This document shows, one piece after another, positions 56,224 through 64,000 of a DNA stretch of 64,000 bases. The notes beneath the pieces were generated by a model that was given only the letters and a program-made list of their open reading frames with translations, was not told the origin of the DNA and did no database searches. This stretch comes from the human T2T-CHM13v2.0 reference genome, Homo sapiens. The DNA lies in assembly GCF_009914755.1 (NCBI RefSeq), contig NC_060932.1; one strand, given 5' to 3'. Both the position numbers and the translations under genes were made by a program. Numbering within the stretch: the first letter of the stretch is position 1; every line of letters starts with the position of its first letter.

Positions 56224-57639
56224 TTTGTCAACATGATGCTAACATTTCTTGCATCTGTAACAAAATGCATGGTAGTATAACCAAAGCGTTTTTCAACTGA
56301 GTTTACTGAAAAGCCAAAATTCAGAGACATAAGATTTAGAACTAGGTCTTCTGAACAAAATTAATTTTAAGGGAAAGTAGAATACTAATGAACTCTATTA
56401 CCAGAAATATGTCAAAGTGTGCCTGGATAATTGAGAAAAGGTTCTAAGTAAAGCAATTAGTCCAAAACATAAGATCTCAGAGAACTGAAACTTCATTCTA
56501 TTTGTTACTACTCTGAAAGATATATAATATTAAAAAAGGGAATATGACAGAAAAATTGAAAATGAAATTGAGTAAGAAACAGAAAAAGGCAACTGTTTAA
56601 CTCTGAAGATCAGTGAGAGCACCTGCGAAATGGAACTATCAGGTTTAAAATATAGAGCACTCAGTTAAAACTCAAGTTCATATAAACAGCAAATTAAGGT
56701 TTTCAGTGTAAGTCTGTTCTACATATTGCATGGAACATAATTACACTGTAAAAATTATTTGTCTTTTATTTTAAAATCAAATGTAACTGGTCATCCTGTC
56801 ATCGCTGCTAAATCTGGCAACCCTATGAAGAACAGATCATTGACTATCTTTTATTTTGATTACTACTATTAAATTCTTATCTTCCACTTTCACATTTTAG
56901 AATGGTGGTCTGACTTAACCTTCATTTGTGATCATTTCTTTCTGATTTTACTTAGTATACTAAATCTTCTGGTAGTTGTTGCCACAGGATTAACATTTTT
57001 GTAAGCATTTAGTTAAATACCTCAGCTTGGCTGCTTCAAGAAGAGAGCACATAGTTTTACAATGTGTTATACACAGATAATTCATTTTTAACTGTGAATT
57101 AATTTATTGAAGGCAAAGGAAGTATTAAATGTACTCTCATGGGTCAAGAATTGCAAATTGAGGAAGGTTTTTCCTAATCCTCATTTCTCATACTATTTTA
57201 TTTCTCCTAGTCTCATTTGTCTCTTCCTGATTCTTGGATCTATTCCTCTCCATCTTTCATTTTCCTCCTAACTCCTTAAACTGAGTCAACAATTGGAAAC
57301 TTCCCTTCCACCTCTAGTTCACTCCTACTTAAGGTAAATCTGCCCCAAATGTACCCATCCTGTTGAACTTTTATTACATGCTTGTCATTTATATATAGTG
57401 GCCTAAAGTCAAAGCAATCGAGGTCTCTAAAAATGCATATTGCATGACTATAAGCACTTGCTGCATCTTTACTGCTTCTCAGCAGAGAAACTGCTTACAA
57501 TGTGTGTTGGTTTAAAGTGCAATGGGAATACACACAGAGAAAAACACATGTGATAAACCTCTTCAAGCTAGGTCTATTTTTGAACTGTGTCCAGGCCATC
57601 TTACACCAGAATTCTGTTAGAATAAACATATCTTTCATA

Positions 57640-57850
57640 TATGTTGTTGCTATTCCTTGTCTTTACCTCACAATTTCCTATCTCTTCTCAACCTCCATTC
57701 CTACTACACCACTCAAACAACTGCCAAGTCAACAAGAATATACTAGGTCCTTCAATCCAAAGGACACTTGTTACTTCTCGCATTTGAACTCTCTGCAGCA
57801 TTTGATACTGCCACCATTCCCTCTCTCTGCAAACAATCACCTTCAAATAT
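57640..57850 (+). mobile_element. L2 ORF2 fragment
   Basis: ctctctgcagcatttgatact encodes LSAAFDT. Confidence 0.65.
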
Positions 57851-57855
57851 ACCCC

Positions 57856-58488
57856 TGTCAGAGGTGTTTGAACCAGAGTGGCTCTATCTTGAATAGGGGC
57901 TGGGCAAAATAAGGCTGAGACCTACTAGGCTGCATTCCCAGTAGCTTAAGGCATTCTTAGTCACAGGATGAGATAGGAGGTTGGCACAAGATACAGGTCA
58001 CAAAGACCCTGCTGATAAAACAGGTTGCAGTAAAGAAGCCGGACAAAATCCTATGACAACCAAGATGGTGAAAAGAGTGACCTCTGACCATCCTTACTGC
58101 TCATTATATGCTAATTATAATACATTAGCATGCTAGAAGACACTCCCACCAGTGCCATGACAGTTTACAAATTCCATGCCAATGTCAAGAAGTTACCCTA
58201 TATGATCTAAAAGGCGAGGAACTCTTAGTTCTGGGAATGGTCCACCATTGCGGAAAACTCATGTATAATCCACCCCTTATTTAACATATAATTAAAAAGT
58301 AACAGAAAGTATAAGCAGCTGAGTAGCCCATGCTGCTGCTCCATCTATTGAGTAGTCTTTCTTTTATTTCTTTACTTTCTTAATAAACTTGCTTTCATTT
58401 TACCCTATGGACTTGCCCCAAATTCTTTCTTGCACGAGATCCAAGAACCCTCTCTTGGAGCCTGGATCGGGACCCCTTTCCAGTAACA
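57856..58488 (+). mobile_element. MER41 (MER41B-like) solo LTR
   Basis: tgtcagaggtgtttgaaccagag...ggacccctttccagtaaca; aataaa at ~58382; no clear 4-bp TSD. Confidence 0.93.
58229..58237. promoter_or_regulatory. GAS (STAT) motif TTCTGGGAA in MER41
   Basis: Matches TTCNNNGAA at the position of the known MER41B STAT1 site; activity untested. Confidence 0.5.
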
Positions 58489-58637
58489 GCACTATAATAC
58501 CTTTTCCTTTAATCAGTGTAATGAAATAATTGCAATTACAAAAAAGTTTGAAAAATAATAGAATGAACACCTATGTGGCCACCATCTATCTTGAGAATTA
58601 AAACATTATAAATACAGTTAAAACTTCCTGTACATCT

Positions 58638-58993
58638 TGTTAAAAGAAAAACTTTAAAACAATTAGATTTAGCAGAGTTTAACTGAGCAAAGAATAACTC
58701 ACTAATAGGCAGCCCAATGAAATGGAATAGGTTCAGAGAGATTCTAGGCTACCTCATGGCTGCAGAGGATTTATGGACAGAAAAAGGAAAGTGATACACA
58801 GAAAATGGACTTGAGGTACTGAAACAGCCTAATTGGTTACAGTGTTTGCCTGATTGGAGCACAGTTTCAACAGCTGGCCACAACTCATGATTGGTACAAG
58901 AGTAAGTTACAGTCTGTTTACACATCTGATTAAGTTACAGTTCACTATGTATGGAGAAACCTCTAGCCCAAACTTAAAATATGTAAGGCGGCA
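58638..58993 (-). mobile_element. MER57 (ERV1) LTR lacking its first ~25 bp
   Basis: gttacagttcactatgtatggagaaacct...aacttaaaatatgtaagg (reverse complement of the MER57 5' region). Confidence 0.85.
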
Positions 58994-60613
58994 CACTCCA
59001 TCAAGTTAGAACTATTTTAAACCAGAAAGCAGGAAGATGGCTCACTGACTCAAGGATTTTAAAAGTATAAAGCTATCCTACTAGGAAGAGATGATTTAAC
59101 ACTAATCACTGATAATTCACTTAACCCAGTAGGTTTTCTAACAGGGAATCCAAATCTAAAAGGCCCTAAGCATCAGTGTTTATATCTAATTGATTATCAC
59201 ACAAAAGTCAGGCCTGATTTAAGAGAGATTCCTTTCAAAATAGGGCAGCACTTATTGATAGATGGCTCTTCCCGGGTAAATGAAGGAAAAAGACAATGGG
59301 TATTCAGTAGTTGATGGGGAAGCTCTCGCAGGCATAGAGTCAGGAAGATTGCCTAATAATTGGTCCGCCCAAACTTGTGAATTGTTTGCATTAAATCAGG
59401 CTTCAAATCACTTGCAAAAAAAGGAAGGGATTATTTATACTGATTACTTATTAGTGATAGTAGATCGTCTTACTCACTGGGTGGAAGCTATTCCCTTTTC
59501 AAGCGCAACTACGAATAATGTAGGTAAAGCATTGATGGAAAATATTATACCCAGGTTTGGCAGATAATGGGACTCATTTCACTGCACAAGTCATTGAGAA
59601 ATTAACTCAAGCACTAGACATAACATGGGAATACCATACTCCCTGGCACCCACCTTCATCAGGAAGACTGGAGAAAATGAACCAAACTTTGAAGAGTCAC
59701 TTAACCAAATTAGTCTTAAAGACTCGGCTGCCATGGACTAAATGCCTTCACATTGCCTTATTAAGAATTCAAACTGCCTCTCAGAAAGATGCTGGTTTAT
59801 CTCCTTGTGAGATGCTATTTGGGTTGCCCTTTTGACACTCCACTGCTGACATTCCTATGTTTGAAACAAAAGATCAGATCTTCCACTTGCTCTTCCCTCA
59901 GAACTAAAGGTCTTTTAGCACAGGTGCCACCCCTAGAGTTCCTAGCACACCAGCATCAGCCTGGGGATTACATCCTCATCAAAAGTCGGAAGGAAAGAAA
60001 ACTTGAACCGGCTTGGGAACAACCATACCTACTGTTTCTAACCACCGAGACCGCAGTCCAAACAGCAGAAAGCGGATGGACTCATCATACCCAAGTCAAG
60101 AAGGCATCGCCACATCCAGAGTCATGGGCCATTGTTCTGGGGGAGAGTCCTACCAAACTAAAACTAAGATACCTCCTTTATTCCTTCCAGCTGACAGGAC
60201 ATGAGCCGTATGGTAGCTCTCTTCCAAGACCCCGCAGCCTGGGGTAATAAATTCTGCCAAGCTCTCCCTCTTTCTCTCTCTGCTATTCCCTGAAGTCTGA
60301 CAACCCTGCGGGTCAGCCCCCTAGGGCCATCCAGCCTCCGTCTCCCGATGCCCATTTTACCTTGTGACTCTCACAACAGGGGGAAAATTTAGCATTCCTT
60401 GGAGACCGAATGGGATGCCGTGAGCTTAAGCCCTTCCAAGAGCTTAGCAACCAGCCTGTCCTTATTCCATCCCAATAACACAGCCCACGATGGAACAATT
60501 ACAAAAGTATTTACAACGCCTTACCTCTTACTGTTCTTATAGATGTACTTATTCCTGTAGGTAGACTCTAAAAAGTTTGAAGAGGAAAAATTATGAAAAT
60601 CAAGAGGGAGAAG
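58994..60613 (+). mobile_element. Deleted class I ERV internal region (HERV-IP/HERVIP10-like): pol tether, RNase H, integrase and env SU fragments
   Basis: NQKAGRWLTDSRIL, GRLPNNWSAQTCELFALNQA, YLLVIVDRLTHWVEAIP, DNGTHF, HTPWHPPSSGRLEKMNQTLK, WEQPY, GWTHHTQVK; env-like MVALFQDPAAWGNK...QGENLAFLGD; PPT aagagggagaag at 60602-60613; frameshifts and stops. Confidence 0.9.
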
Positions 60614-60614
60614 T

Positions 60615-61331
<717 letters not shown>

Positions 61332-61483
61332 AATTCTCTTTATTGTATTTTTATTCTCTATTTTATAATATTTTATCATATCTGCTCTAATTGCTATTAT
61401 TTCTTTCCTTCCGCTAGCTTTAGGTTTACCTTGCTCTTCTTTTACTCCTCATGTGTAAAGTTAGGTTTTTGATTTGAGATCTA

Positions 61484-62252
61484 TGTAGGGAAGCCTCTCT
61501 TTAACTGCATTTTTCCTCTACTGTCACACCAAAACAATGATCATTGACACAGAAGAAGAATTATGTGACCAAATATGTGGGGAGTTTTTCCTCATGCATT
61601 AACCAGCAGACACCAGCTGAGTGCCTTCTACTTCAGTTCTGACAGTACCAGGTTGGAGGCTCAGTCACTAAGATTGTCCCCCATACCCTCAAACGCTAGT
61701 TGCAAGTTTCTGAACAAATGGCTTCAAGTTGGGGTTCCCACATCTCCTTCTTATAATTGGGTTCATTTAATTTTCTGGAGTAGCTCACAGAACTCAGGGA
61801 AACACTTGCATTTACGAGTTTAGTATAAAGAATATTGTAAAGGATACAGATAAAAAGATGCATACAATTTAGTATGGGGGAAGGGGTGCAGAGCGTCCAC
61901 GCTCTCCCTGGGCATGCCACCCTCCAGGAACCTCCACATGTTCAGTTATTTGGAATCCCTTCAAACTCACTCCTTTTTGGTTTTTATTAAAGCTTCATGA
62001 TGTCAGCATTCCTTCCCCCAAAGTATAGGTCATGACTCTTTCTGTTGGAAGGCCTTAAGACCCACAATAAGAAAGCTGAGGAAAGGCTACAGTCCTGCCT
62101 GGGGGCAGGTGAAAAGAAGGTAAGAAAAGGTCAGCAGCCTCCCCCTGTGGCCTAACACACCCAACATTATAACAAAAGACTGTAACAAGGCCTATGGAAG
62201 TTATAAGCCAGGAGCCTTGGGTGAAAATTAACATACATATCATAACACCAAA
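61484..62252 (-). mobile_element. MER21 (MER21A-like) LTR
   Basis: gtagctcacagaactcagggaaacactt; caacattataacaaaagactgtaacaagg. Confidence 0.85.
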
Positions 62253-62654
62253 AGATCATTCTTTTTAATGTATGTATTTACAGCTATAAATTTTCCTTTG
62301 AGTACAGCTTATACTGCATTCCCTAAGTGTTGGTGTATTATGTTTTAATTTTCATTCATCTCCTCCAAGTAGTTCTAATTTCCCATGTGAGTTATCTTTG
62401 ACCCATTGGTTAAGAGTGTGTTAATTTCCACAAATTTATACATTTTCCAGTTTTCCTTGTAGAATAATGCAATAATTATGACAATTTCTTGCTTTATTCT
62501 ACTGTAGCTAGAAAAGATACTTGTACAATTTCAGTCTTTCAAGATTTATTGAGATTTTATGGTGGCCATTCAATCACAAATAGGTTGCATGCTGGATGAC
62601 ATTTCATGTGCACTTGAGAAGAATGTGCATTTTACTGCTGCTGGGTGAAATGTT

Positions 62655-63683
62655 TATATATATATGTATATATATGTATATATGTATATATATGTGTACA
62701 TATGTATATGTGTATATATGTATATATGTATGTATATATGTCTATATGTATGTATATGCATATATGTACATATATACATATGTATATGCACATGTATACA
62801 TACGTGCATATGCACATGTATACATACGTGCATATGCATATGTATACATATGCATACATACATGCATATACACATGTACATACATGTATATACATACGTA
62901 CATATATGTATATATGTGCATATGTATACGTATATATGTGCATGTATGTATATATGTGCATGTATGTATATATGTACATATGTATATGTATATATGTATA
63001 TATGTACATATGTATATATGTATATATGTACATATGTGTATGTATATATGTACATGTATGTATATATGTATGTGTGTATATGTATATGTATATATGTATA
63101 TGTATGCATATGTATATATGTATATATGTATGTGTGTATATGTATATATGTATACATATATGTATGTGTGTATATATGTATACATATATGTATGTGTGTA
63201 TATATGTATACATATATGTATGTGTGTATATATGTATACATATATGTATGTGTGTATATATGTATACATATATGTATGTGTGTATATATGTATACATATA
63301 TGTATGTGTGTATATATGTATACATATATGTATGTGTATATATGTATACATATGTGTATGTGTATATATGTATACATATGTGTATGTGTATATATGTATA
63401 CATGTATACATATGTGTATGTGTATATATGTATACATGTATACATATGTGTATGTGTATATATATACATGTATACATATGTGTATGTGTATATATGTATA
63501 CATGTATACATATGTGTATGTGTATATATGTATACATGTATACATATGTGTATGTGTATATATGTATACATATATGTATATGTGTGTATATATGTATACA
63601 TATATGTATATGTGTATATATATGTATATGTGTATATATATGTATATATGTGTGTGTATATATATACACACACATACATATAT
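62655..63683. repeat. ~1 kb purine/pyrimidine-alternating (TA/TG/CA) VNTR with 28-bp and 34-bp higher-order units
   Basis: Six perfect tatatatgtatacatatatgtatgtgtg at 63143-63310; tatatatgtatacatgtatacatatgtgtatgtg units at 63389-63556. Confidence 0.97.
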
Positions 63684-64000
63684 GCTTGTTAGGTCTAGTC
63701 GTTGTATAGGGTGGTTCAATTCCTCTATCTCCTTATTGATCTTCTTTCTAGAAGTGTTAAGCATCATTGAACGTATTGTATTGAAGTTTTCAACTACTAT
63801 TGTAGAACTGTTTATTTCTCACTTTATTCTGTCAATGTTTGCTTCATATATTTTGGGGCTCAGGGTTTTGGTGCATATATGTTTATAATTGTTATATCTT
63901 TTTGATGAATTTGTGTCTTCTCTCTTTTATCAATATATAATGTCCTTTAATTGATATATAATGGTCTTTTCATTTTTTAAGTTTTTGACTTAAATTATAT

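Larger units (their letters stand above)
61332..64000 (-). mobile_element. L1M ORF2 5' (endonuclease-proximal) region interrupted by MER21 and a VNTR
   Basis: tacagctataaattttcctttgagtacagct (KAVLKGKFIA-like on minus), gtgcacttgagaagaatgtg (FFSSAH on minus), INKEIEELNH. Confidence 0.85.

Noticed and set aside
59280-60247. Retroviral pol ORFs as functional or domesticated genes
   Set aside because: Frameshifts, stops and deletion of catalytic and zinc-finger segments
62596-63888. Six long ORFs of 341-430 aa rich in Y/I/C/V/M/H/T
   Set aside because: Artefact: R/Y-alternating repeats cannot contain TAA, TAG or TGA, so all frames stay open

Overview
AT-rich, repeat-dense primate (most likely human/hominoid) nuclear DNA, intronic or intergenic. 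I see no recognisable host protein-coding exon and no CpG island. The window holds about 15 Alus (J, S and Y types), many MaLR/ERVL/ERV1 LTRs (THE1, MST, MLT1, MLT2A, MER21, MER31, MER41, MER57, LTR10-like), L1/L2/MIR fragments, a Tigger-family MITE, a heavily deleted class I (HERV-IP-like) provirus and a ~1 kb purine/pyrimidine-alternating VNTR. Nearly all ORF-track entries are artefacts of these repeats. The most notable features are: (1) a ~125-bp mitochondrial ND6 fragment (NUMT) inserted inside an Alu; (2) an 88-bp non-TE retroposed 'orphan' 3' end with a 17-bp TSD inside an old L1; (3) two independently inserted, inverted AluY elements sharing the same rare 12-bp deletion; (4) a tandem duplication plus perfect fold-back scar in an L1MA; (5) deletion junctions at both ends of the provirus. 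I found no convincing new biological system. Subfamily names are recalled from consensus sequences by eye and need RepeatMasker/Dfam confirmation.
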